Shown one piece after another: positions 1-7,853 of a stretch of DNA of 64,000 nucleotides. The number at the start of each line of letters is the position of its first letter. The stretch's first letter is position 1. A program made the position numbers and the translations under genes. This stretch comes from Polyangiales bacterium (GTDB taxonomy: Bacteria > Myxococcota_A > Polyangia > Polyangiales > Polyangiaceae): positions 73,819 to 137,818 of the forward strand of contig JBBRNJ010000011.1 in NCBI GenBank assembly GCA_038230375.1, read 5' to 3'. Under the pieces are notes generated by a model. That model saw nothing but the letters and a program-made list of their open reading frames with translations, made no database searches and was not told the origin of the DNA.

Positions 1-13
1 GAAGCGCGTGGGC

Positions 14-60
14 TGCGCTCCGTGCTCACGTACAAGAGTACGCTCCGCGCGGTGCTCGCC
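14..60. repeat. REP-like palindromic element (core CGTAC-N4-GTACG)
   Basis: Perfect inverted repeat cgtac-aaga-gtacg at 29-42, embedded in GC-rich gcgct/gctc segments; non-coding context. Confidence 0.4.
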
Positions 61-67
61 CAAAGCA

Positions 68-133
68 CCCCGTCGGGTATCACGAAGCGCGTCCTCGCCT
101 GCCGGGCGCCTCCGGCTCGATCCGACGCTGTTT
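68..133. repeat. 66-bp dispersed repeat, copy 1 (copy 2 at 43592-43657, partial copy at 43406-43439)
   Basis: Manual alignment with 43592-43657 gives 61/66 identical bases. Confidence 0.9.
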
Positions 134-366
134 CCGTGAGGGCTGGGGGATCGTTCGCGTCGCCCAATAGCGGGATTGAGCCGCCGCCACATCTTGAGTT
201 CAGTGTTGCGTGTATTATGCATGTAATGCGCGCGAACGAGCTACGAAGAGAGCCACTTCAATTCTCGTTCGAGTTCGATGCTGGATGCCGCCAGTGTTTC
301 GGCGTCAGCGGACCACCAACCCTGCTCACGACATCTAGAGAGGGTTTGTTCGGATGGCGCAATGCG

Positions 367-906
367 TTAGTCGGCGGCCCAAACCTGTCGGAAAGATATC
401 CCGTTCAACTGCGCTGATCGGGCGCAAGGAATGGCTCTCAGTCCACGGGTGAGCTGTGTGACCTTGAAGATGGACGCGCTGGCGTGTGCCAAAGCTTCGA
501 GCCGAAAAGCAGGCCGTTCGATGCGCAGGATCTTACCAGCCCCGTTCCGCAGCAATTGCGATCGCTCCTCATCGAGTACGTCGACCACACGCGTCACGTT
601 GAAGGCGAAGAGCGGAGCCTCGCTCTCATCACGGAGTGGCAATACCTCACCGCTCTGCAGAAGCAGGTCGGATAGCGCGTCGACTGCCCGCTGGCGGATG
701 ATCAGCATCTCCCCCCCAGAGCAAGATGGAAAGTCTGACGGCTCGCGGCGAGTGCCGCGTTCATCTACAAGAACTCGCCGCATTGGTACGGACGACCACG
801 ACGTTGCTCGCGGCTGTCCGTCGAAGCGGAGCAGATCATAGTCTTCCGCGCGTACTGGCAGCACCCATTCAAAGCCTTCCGGCGCATCGATCGCGAAAAC
901 CTTCAC
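367..906 (-). CDS. Imm11/DUF1629-like immunity protein, possibly with a small C-terminal deletion
   Basis: GTG at 906 preceded by AAAGGGA; motifs SDFP, 'GEVLPL', 'FNVTRVVDVLDEERS' and 'IFKV..L' typical of DUF1629/Imm11; lower GC than the flanks. Confidence 0.65.
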   Translation of the reverse strand: MKVFAIDAPEGFEWVLPVRAEDYDLLRFDGQPRATSWSSVPMRRVLVDERGTRREPSDFPSCSGGEMLIIRQRAVDALSDLLLQSGEVLPLRDESEAPLFAFNVTRVVDVLDEERSQLLRNGAGKILRIERPAFRLEALAHASASIFKVTQLTRGLRAIPCARSAQLNGISFRQVWAAD

Positions 907-1110
907 CGCGATCCCTTTCGTGCCCAGCCACTGCTGCGAAGGTCCAGGCAATGTCTCCGCGAAACGCATACACGTCCTCTTGGCTGGCCGCGGTGGCGAG
1001 AGCTGCGTTTCGAGAGTGTGCACCTCTCTGTGTAGACCCACCCCGGGTACGCGTCGTTCTCCGCGTAGTGAATGGGTGGTGATCCATCCGGAGGGACCAA
1101 CTTCCGACGA
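903..1110 (-). pseudogene. Frameshifted remnant of an AHH-type nuclease toxin C-terminus
   Basis: Pieces in different frames (PPDGSPPIHYAENDAYPGWVYTE / NAALATAASQEDVYAFRGDIAWT / LRSSGW) end in a GTGA overlap with the Imm11-like gene. Confidence 0.4.
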
Positions 1111-1128
1111 ACTTGGCACTCTCTGCGC

Positions 1129-1548
1129 TCAGTCTCCTGCGACGTGGACTACTAGCCTTCTCGTCTGGGGGGCTCGGCGGTGCTCTAGTAGGTAGAGGGC
1201 TTGCCATACGCCTAGCAGGAGGTCTCCGTCGCCTACGGGGATGGTCTCGCTCGTGCGCGTGACGAGCGCGCGTAGGTGGCCGGGCATGTCGTCGGGGCCT
1301 TCGTCGTCGTGCTCGTAGTGGGAGCCTTCCGGGAAGAGCTTCGCCAGCGCAGTCTCGATGTCTCGCTGCACCGCGGGCGCCGCGTTCTCCTGGATGCAGA
1401 GCGACGCGCTCGTGTGCTGCACGAAGACAGTCACCAGCCCCGCGTGCACCTGCGAGCGCAACACGATGTCACGCACGTTCCGGGTGATGTCGGTCATCCC
1501 CTTGCCATGCGTTGAAACGACGATCGTCTCCTGGTGAACGGTCCCCAT
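1129..1548 (-). CDS. yjbQ: Secondary thiamine-phosphate synthase enzyme YjbQ (UPF0047)
   Basis: Motifs HTSASLCIQEN, YEHDDEGPDDMPGH, LGVWQALYLLEH; ATG at 1548. Confidence 0.92.
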   Translation of the reverse strand: MGTVHQETIVVSTHGKGMTDITRNVRDIVLRSQVHAGLVTVFVQHTSASLCIQENAAPAVQRDIETALAKLFPEGSHYEHDDEGPDDMPGHLRALVTRTSETIPVGDGDLLLGVWQALYLLEHRRAPQTRRLVVHVAGD

Positions 1549-1552
1549 GCTG

Positions 1553-3157
1553 CTACCTGAGGAGCACCTTGAGGAGGGTCTCGAGCGTGCCGCCGTAGGG
1601 CGGGAAGAGGAGCGACGTCCCCGACAGGCGCGACTGGTAGAAGACGCCGCGCTTCTTGGAGAACGCGTCGAAGCCTTCCTTCGCGTGGTAGTGCCCCATG
1701 CCGCTCTGGCCGACGCCGCCGAACGGCAGATCATCCTGCGCCACGTGGAGCATGGTCTCGTTGACGGTCACGCCGCCGGACAAGGTCTCGTCGAGCACGC
1801 GCTCGATGCGGCGCTCGTCGTTGTCGAACGTGTAGAGGGCGAGGGGACGCGGCCTGTCGTTGATGTAATCGATCGCGGCGTCGATGCTCTCGTACGTGAC
1901 GATGGGCAGGAGCGGTCCGAAGATCTCGTCCTGCATCACCGTCATGTCGTCCTTCGGATCCAGGACCAGGTACGGGTGCAGCTTGCGCGACTCTTCGGAG
2001 AGCTCCTCGCCGCCCGGGTCGAGCTTGACGAGCTTTGCGCCCTTCTCCTCTGCGTCCTTGATGTAGCCGGTGAGCCGCGCGTAGTGCTTCGGGCTGACGA
2101 TGCTCGAGTAGTCGGCGTTCGCGCCGAGCTTCGGGTACATCGCCTTCGTTGCGTTCTTGCACTCCTCCACGAACGCATCCACGCGGCCCTTCGGCAGGAG
2201 CACGTAGTCCGGCGCGACGCAGGTCTGGCCCGCGTTGAACAGCTTGCCCTGCATGATCTTCTTCGCTGCCGTGGCGAGCGAGAAGCTGGGCGAGACGAGC
2301 GCGGGTGACTTGCCGCCGAGCTCCAGCGTGACGGGCGTGAGGTTCTCGGCCGCGGCGCGCATCACCATCCGGCCCACGCTCGTGGACCCCGTGAAGACCA
2401 GGTGATCGAACGGGAGCTTCGAGAATGCGACGCCCTCCTCGATGCCGCCCGTGACGACATGGACGTGGTTCTCGTCGAAGGTCTCCTTCATCATCTTCGC
2501 GAGCAGCTCACTCGTTGCGGGGACGAGCTCGCTCGGCTTGAGCATGGCGCGATTGCCCGCGGCCAGTGCCTGCGCGAGCGGCGCAATGGCCAGCTGCACG
2601 GGGTAGTTCCACGGCGAGATGATGCCGATGACGCCAAGGGGCTGCGTGCGCAGCTCCGCGCGCCCGGGCAGGAACGTGAGCGCAACGTCGCGCGACTCGG
2701 ACTCCATCCACGACGCGAGATGCGCACGCGTGTGCTTGATCGCGCCGAGCGTGACGAAGATGTCCGCGACCAGGGTCTCGTGCGAAGAGCGGCTGCCGAA
2801 GTCCTTCGAGATGGCCTTCGCCAGGTCGTCCTTCTTCGCGAGCAGCACGTCCGCCAGCTTGTCCAGGTTGCGCACACGCGCGTCGTAGTCGGGGATGCCA
2901 CCCTTGCGCTGCGCCGCCTTCATCTTCGCGAGCCGCGCGCGGAGGTCCGCCTCGACGCTCTCGGCCGTCTTAGGCGCGCTCGCCGCCTCGACCTTGGCCT
3001 CTGCCTTGGCCTCGCCCTTCGCCTCTGCCTTGGCCTCGCCCTTCACCTCTGCCTTGGCCTCTGCCTTCGCCTCTGCGCTGGCCTCGCCCTCCGCCGTGTT
3101 CTCGGCGGCTGCGTCCTTGGTGCTGGTCTTCTGCGTGTGGGGGTCCGCCTGGGTCAT
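1553..3157 (-). CDS. calB: Coniferyl/fatty aldehyde dehydrogenase (ALDH3-like) with Ala/Glu/Lys-rich N-terminal extension
   Basis: PWNYP, FTGS, LELGGKSP, NAGQTCVAPDY, EIFGP, LPFGGVG motifs; ATG at 3157. Confidence 0.88.
   Translation of the reverse strand: MTQADPHTQKTSTKDAAAENTAEGEASAEAKAEAKAEVKGEAKAEAKGEAKAEAKVEAASAPKTAESVEADLRARLAKMKAAQRKGGIPDYDARVRNLDKLADVLLAKKDDLAKAISKDFGSRSSHETLVADIFVTLGAIKHTRAHLASWMESESRDVALTFLPGRAELRTQPLGVIGIISPWNYPVQLAIAPLAQALAAGNRAMLKPSELVPATSELLAKMMKETFDENHVHVVTGGIEEGVAFSKLPFDHLVFTGSTSVGRMVMRAAAENLTPVTLELGGKSPALVSPSFSLATAAKKIMQGKLFNAGQTCVAPDYVLLPKGRVDAFVEECKNATKAMYPKLGANADYSSIVSPKHYARLTGYIKDAEEKGAKLVKLDPGGEELSEESRKLHPYLVLDPKDDMTVMQDEIFGPLLPIVTYESIDAAIDYINDRPRPLALYTFDNDERRIERVLDETLSGGVTVNETMLHVAQDDLPFGGVGQSGMGHYHAKEGFDAFSKKRGVFYQSRLSGTSLLFPPYGGTLETLLKVLLR
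2992..3076. repeat. In-frame 12-bp tandem repeat encoding (A/G)EAK units in the ALDH N-terminus
   Basis: About 7 copies of gcc(t/c)t(t/c)gcctc(t/g); translation AEAKAEAKAEVKGEAKAEAKGEAKAEAK. Confidence 0.85.
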
Positions 3158-3290
3158 GTCCGGCCTCGTCGTTTTTTCGGGTGTGAAATCCCGCTTAGAA
3201 AGTAACGTAGTCCTTGTAGGTCCGTGTGCAAACCCTACAGATTGTCGGCGCGAGGGCGCGGTCACCCCTCTACGAAAAGGCTTGGCTTCC

Positions 3291-4859
3291 ATGTGGACAC
3301 GCGGCTGGCGTGACGGTGTTTGGCAGAACCTGGGCGAGTCGTGGGACGTCGTCATCATCGGCGGTGGCATCACCGGCGCCGGGATCCTGGGTGAGGCGGT
3401 CCGAAACGGGCACCGCGCCGTGCTGGTGGAGGCGAACGACTTCGCGTCGGGCACCTCCAGCCGGTCGACCAAGCTCGTTCACGGCGGTCTGCGCTACCTG
3501 CGGCAGGGGCAGTTCCTTGTCACGAAGAAGAGCGTGCGCGAGCGCGAGCGTCTGCTCTCCGAGAGCGACGGCCTGGTGTCGGAGCTCGCCTTCTCTCTTG
3601 CTGCGTTCCCCGGCGACCAGATGCCGCGCTGGATGTACGGCATGGGCCTCTTCATGTACGACGCGCTCGCGTGGAAGTGGAACCACCAGAAGCAGACACT
3701 GGACGAGCTCTTCACCAAGTTCCCCATGCTGAAGGGCTCCGACGTCACGGGTGGCTACCGCTACTTCGATGCGCAGACGGATGACACGCGTCTCACGCTC
3801 CGCGTCCTTCGCGAGGCGGTCACGCGCGGCGGTGTCGCGCTCAACTACGCCAAGGCGGACGAGCTCCTCCGCGATCAATCGGGGCAGGTCGTTGGCGTGC
3901 GCGTCACGGATCGCGCGCCTGGTGCCTCCCGCACCACGGAGGTGCGCGGCAAGGTCGTCATCAATGCCACGGGCGCGTGGGCGGACGACCTCCGGCGGAA
4001 GCTCGGCGAGGAGCCGAAGATGCGGAAGATCCGCGGCTCGCACATCACCTTCAAACACTCGCGCATCCCGATCCCGGAGGCCGTCTCGCTGCTCCACCCG
4101 AAGGACGCGCGCGCCGTGTTCGCCGTGCCGTGGGAAGGCGTCACCATCATGGGCACGACGGACAAGGATCATCCGGAGAGCCTGGACGTGGAGCCGCGCA
4201 TCTCCGACGAAGAGGTGGACTACCTGATGGAGTGCGCGCAGCGCGCGTTTCCGTCACTCGAGCTCTCGCACACGGACGTCATCGGCAGCTTCGCCGGCGT
4301 CCGCCCCACCATCAACACGGGGAAGAAAGATCCGTCGAAGGAGTCACGCGAGCACGCCATCTGGCGTGAAAAGGGCCTCGTCACGATCGCTGGTGGCAAG
4401 CTCACGACCTTCGCAGTCATGGCGCGTGATGCGCTCGAGGCCGTGGAGGACGTGCTCGGTCCGCTGAAGGAGCGCTCACGCGTGATCGAGTCGTCGGGAG
4501 AGGTCCTTGCGTGGCCGTCACAGCTGACGGACGTGGACAAGGCGCGGCTGCTAGGCCGCCACGGCGCTGACATCAACGAGGTGCTCGCCGACCCGAAGCT
4601 CGCGACGTCCATCGCAGGTTCGTGGGTCTACGAGGCCGAGATCGCCTACGCCGCGAAGAGCGAAGGCGTGGTGCGGCTCGAGGACCTCCTCTTGCGACGT
4701 GCGCGGCTCGGCCTCCTGGTCCCTGGCGGCGGCCAGGTCGAGATGAAGCGCATTCGCGAGATCGCGCAGCCGCTGCTCGGCTGGTCGGACGAGGTCTGGG
4801 CAGCCGAGGAGAAGGCGTACGCGAAGACCTGGGGCTTCGCGTATGCAGGCAAGGGCTGA
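3291..4859 (+). CDS. glpD: FAD-dependent glycerol-3-phosphate dehydrogenase/oxidase
   Basis: IIGGGITGAG FAD motif, GTSSRSTKLVHGGLRYL, GVRP, GGKLTT; ATG at 3291. Confidence 0.92.
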   Translation: MWTRGWRDGVWQNLGESWDVVIIGGGITGAGILGEAVRNGHRAVLVEANDFASGTSSRSTKLVHGGLRYLRQGQFLVTKKSVRERERLLSESDGLVSELAFSLAAFPGDQMPRWMYGMGLFMYDALAWKWNHQKQTLDELFTKFPMLKGSDVTGGYRYFDAQTDDTRLTLRVLREAVTRGGVALNYAKADELLRDQSGQVVGVRVTDRAPGASRTTEVRGKVVINATGAWADDLRRKLGEEPKMRKIRGSHITFKHSRIPIPEAVSLLHPKDARAVFAVPWEGVTIMGTTDKDHPESLDVEPRISDEEVDYLMECAQRAFPSLELSHTDVIGSFAGVRPTINTGKKDPSKESREHAIWREKGLVTIAGGKLTTFAVMARDALEAVEDVLGPLKERSRVIESSGEVLAWPSQLTDVDKARLLGRHGADINEVLADPKLATSIAGSWVYEAEIAYAAKSEGVVRLEDLLLRRARLGLLVPGGGQVEMKRIREIAQPLLGWSDEVWAAEEKAYAKTWGFAYAGKG

Positions 4860-4874
4860 CGGCCCTGGCGTCGC

Positions 4875-4904
4875 GGGCTTGCATCCGTTATAACGGACAA
4901 GCCC
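4875..4904. promoter_or_regulatory. Palindromic operator overlapping the -10 element upstream of the XRE-cupin regulator
   Basis: Perfect 14-bp palindrome TCCGTTATAACGGA (4884-4897) flanked by GGGCTTG/CAAGCCC, directly before ATG 4905. Confidence 0.65.
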
Positions 4905-5609
4905 ATGTCGTTGAACAAGACCCCGGAGAAGCGCGGCAAGAAGCGCGCACCGCCGCCGCCGCCAGTGATTGCGCAGGCGGTGATTGCGCCGCCAGTGGTC
5001 GCGCCCGAACCCAGCGAGGCTGCGCCGGCCACGCCGGAACTGGGGACGGATCTCGCGCCCGTGGTCGGACACAACCTGCGCGAGCTGCGCGTGAAGCGCG
5101 GGCTCTCGCTCGAGAAGCTCTCCCAGAAATCGGGAGTGAGCCGGGCGATGCTGGGGCAGATCGAGCTCGGTCAGAGCGCGCCCACGATCAACGTCCTCTG
5201 GAAGGTCGCGCGCGCCCTCGACGTCACGTTCTCCACGCTCATCGTCGCCAAGGATGGCGGCGCGACCACGCTCCTGCGCGCGAAGGAGGCGAAGATCCTA
5301 ACGTCACTCGACGGCACCTTCAAGTCCCGCGCGCTCTTCCCGTGGGATGGCCCGCGCCGGACCGAGTTCTACGAGCTCCGGCTCGCCGCACGCTCCGAGG
5401 AGCGCGCTGACGCACACGCGGCCGGCACTGTGGAGCACCTCATCGTCACGCAAGGCTCGCTGGACCTCAGCGTCGGTCGCGAGCAGCACCAGCTGGAGAG
5501 CGGCGACGCGATCGTCTTCGAGGCCGACCTCCCGCACGTCTACAAGAACACGAGCGGCAAGGAGTGCGTCATGTACCTCGTGATGACCTACGCCGCCGCA
5601 AACGGCTGA
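4905..5609 (+). CDS. XRE-family HTH + cupin transcriptional regulator (SutR/PuuR-like)
   Basis: LRELRVKRGLSLEKLSQKSGVSRAMLGQIELGQSAPTI helix-turn-helix; C-terminal cupin (H..GTVEHL, DLPHVY). Confidence 0.9.
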   Translation: MSLNKTPEKRGKKRAPPPPPVIAQAVIAPPVVAPEPSEAAPATPELGTDLAPVVGHNLRELRVKRGLSLEKLSQKSGVSRAMLGQIELGQSAPTINVLWKVARALDVTFSTLIVAKDGGATTLLRAKEAKILTSLDGTFKSRALFPWDGPRRTEFYELRLAARSEERADAHAAGTVEHLIVTQGSLDLSVGREQHQLESGDAIVFEADLPHVYKNTSGKECVMYLVMTYAAANG

Positions 5610-5654
5610 CCCGCGCCGGCGTCTCTGCCCGAGCGTACTGGCACGCGCCCGTGC

Positions 5655-6341
5655 TCAGGGTTTCTTTTTTGGTGGCGAGACGACCGCGAACTCCTTCGTG
5701 TGCTTTCGCTTCGGGATTCCGCTCGTGGGGAATGACGCGGAGGGCGTCATGACCTTCGACTGCGAGAGTGGCTCGGGAAGCCGCAGGGATTGCGGCGGCG
5801 CGCCTTCGGCGACGGGTGGCCGCACGGTCCGTCTGGGCACGGGCACCGTCACGCGGAAGGTGGTGCCGGTGAGTTCGTCGGTCTCGAGCGACAGCGTGCC
5901 GCCGAACGAGCCAAGGATCTTCTGGCAGACCGGCATCCCGAAGTGCTCCCACCGAACGCTGCGCTCGACTCCGCCGGGCGGCGTGGAAGCGGCACCGGTT
6001 CCACGCGGTGGCGGAGGCGCGCTCGCGCGAACGAGGACGACTGCGTGGTCGGCCCCTCCGTGCGTCGACAGCATCACGCGCCCAAGCTCGGCGTCGAGGC
6101 GCCTGGCGACATCCTCTGCGTTGAGCAGGATGTTCACCATGACCTGGAAGAAGTCGCCGCGCGGGGCAGCGACCTGCGCCATGGGCCCGAAGTCAGTCTG
6201 GATCGGCTGCTTCGCGTGCAGGTCGTCGCGCACGCGGCTGACGGCCTGCTCACAGACGGCATGGAGGTCGAGGCCGCTCGCGGCATCGCCTTCATCGTCG
6301 AAGAGATCGTCACCGTGGAGCGGTGGCGGCGTCAGCCCCAT
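5655..6341 (-). CDS. Stand-alone, degenerate histidine-kinase-like ATPase (HATPase_c) domain protein
   Basis: N-box QVMVNILLNAED and C-terminal GGTLSLET..GTTFRVTVP present; G boxes degenerate; no HisKA domain. Confidence 0.65.
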   Translation of the reverse strand: MGLTPPPLHGDDLFDDEGDAASGLDLHAVCEQAVSRVRDDLHAKQPIQTDFGPMAQVAAPRGDFFQVMVNILLNAEDVARRLDAELGRVMLSTHGGADHAVVLVRASAPPPPRGTGAASTPPGGVERSVRWEHFGMPVCQKILGSFGGTLSLETDELTGTTFRVTVPVPRRTVRPPVAEGAPPQSLRLPEPLSQSKVMTPSASFPTSGIPKRKHTKEFAVVSPPKKKP

Positions 6342-6388
6342 TTCCGTGCATACCTCCAGTGTGACAGACTAACCGGCCTCCCACCGAG

Positions 6389-6880
6389 GTGCCAAAAAAC
6401 GTGGAAAAGAAGCACCGCACCAGGGTTGATCCTCGTCTTTCGGGCGCGAAGATCGTGGCGGCGGCGCTTGCGCTCATCGATGCGCGCGGCCTCTCGGCGT
6501 TCAGCATGCGGGCACTGGGCACCGCGCTGGGTACGTCCGCGATGGCGCTCTACTTCCACTTTCCGAACAAGACGGAGCTTCTCGCTGCGGTCGGCCGCGC
6601 GCTCGTCGCCTCTTCGCCCGCGCTCGCGGCGGTGCCCGGCGACGATCCGCGCGCGATGGCGAAGGCGATCCTGGCCCAGCTCCGTGCGCTCTTCGTCTTG
6701 CACCCGAACGCCTACGCCCTGGTGCGCGCTGAGCTGCCTCGTTCGGCGTTCGCGTCGCCGGAGCGCGTGTGGCCGGGGCTCTCGCCGGCACGAGCCCACC
6801 TGCTTCGCGTGATGCTCGTGGCCGCCGCGACGGAGTCGCCCGCACTCGAGGTCGAGCTGCTCACGCTGTTCTTCGGGTGA
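6389..6880 (+). CDS. TetR-family transcriptional regulator
   Basis: IVAAALALIDARGLSAFSMRALGTALGTSAMALYFHFPNKTELL. Confidence 0.85.
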   Translation: MPKNVEKKHRTRVDPRLSGAKIVAAALALIDARGLSAFSMRALGTALGTSAMALYFHFPNKTELLAAVGRALVASSPALAAVPGDDPRAMAKAILAQLRALFVLHPNAYALVRAELPRSAFASPERVWPGLSPARAHLLRVMLVAAATESPALEVELLTLFFG

Positions 6881-6911
6881 TGCGTCCACGATATCGCTAT
6901 AATCGCCGCTC

Positions 6912-7853
6912 GTGATCGCAGCCACAGGACACATCGTGACGCTGGACGGCTTCTTCGACGGCGCCCGCGCGCTCCGCCGAGAGCTGGACGTGCGCCTGTC
7001 GGACGCGCGCGATCCATTCGACCCCTCGCGCTTCGCATGGGAGGCGTGGCACATCGACGGTCAGTTCTCGCAGCAGAGGACGCCCGCGCGGGTGTTCTTC
7101 AGCGCGCGCGCCTACGCGCCGTTCGAGCGTCGGCTCCTGTCGTGGGCCGGTCTCGCGCTTGGCCTGTCCGCGCTCGGCGCGCCACCATGGCTCTCCAGCC
7201 TCACGGATGGCGGGTTCCAGGCCCTTCATCGCGACTCTCCGAACGGCGAGTTCGCGTTCAGCTTTGGTCTATCGCGCGGCACGGGCTTCCGCGGTGGCGA
7301 AACGCAGATCGCGACGTTCGACCTGCTCGACTACTTCCGCAGCCGCTCCCACACAAGCGAGCGCGCGACGTCGCCGCTGTTCCACGAGGTCGTCCCGCGC
7401 TGGAACCGGCTCGTCGCGTTCGACGCGCGTCTGCCACACGCGGTTCGGATGGTGGAGGGGCCGCGGCACGTGCGAGATGGTCGCGTCGCCATCCAGGGGT
7501 GGCTCGTCGCCAACGGCTGCGTTGCGCGCACGGGGCCCGATGTCACGGAGCTCGCGTCGGACGTGGTGAAGCAAGTGGACCGCCGCCTGGGCCGCCGCGC
7601 GCGTGGTGCCGCTGGGCTCCTCTCCGTGCGGGTGCACGAGAAGAGAGCGCGCGTCGTCTGCGACACACTGGTGGAGACAGGCCCACGTCCAGTCACCGCG
7701 TCGCTTCGGGACGCGCTCACCGCGGCGCTGGCACGCGCGCCCTTTCCAAAGGGCACGGATGTCGTCGTGCCCATCGTGGTCGGTGAGCGTGGGGCCTCCG
7801 TGCCGAGCACGCGAACGCGCGGCATTGCCGCTGGAGCGGTGGCCGCACCATGA
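6912..7853 (+). CDS. 2OG-Fe(II) oxygenase superfamily protein
   Basis: HxD (HRD), FRGGET, NRLVAFDARLPHAV, R.AIQGW; TATAAT 8 nt upstream of the GTG. Confidence 0.78.
   Translation: MIAATGHIVTLDGFFDGARALRRELDVRLSDARDPFDPSRFAWEAWHIDGQFSQQRTPARVFFSARAYAPFERRLLSWAGLALGLSALGAPPWLSSLTDGGFQALHRDSPNGEFAFSFGLSRGTGFRGGETQIATFDLLDYFRSRSHTSERATSPLFHEVVPRWNRLVAFDARLPHAVRMVEGPRHVRDGRVAIQGWLVANGCVARTGPDVTELASDVVKQVDRRLGRRARGAAGLLSVRVHEKRARVVCDTLVETGPRPVTASLRDALTAALARAPFPKGTDVVVPIVVGERGASVPSTRTRGIAAGAVAAP

Noticed and set aside
5638..5656. TGGCACG...GTGC as a sigma54 promoter
   Set aside because: GG-to-GC spacing is one base too long, and it lies between convergent gene ends.
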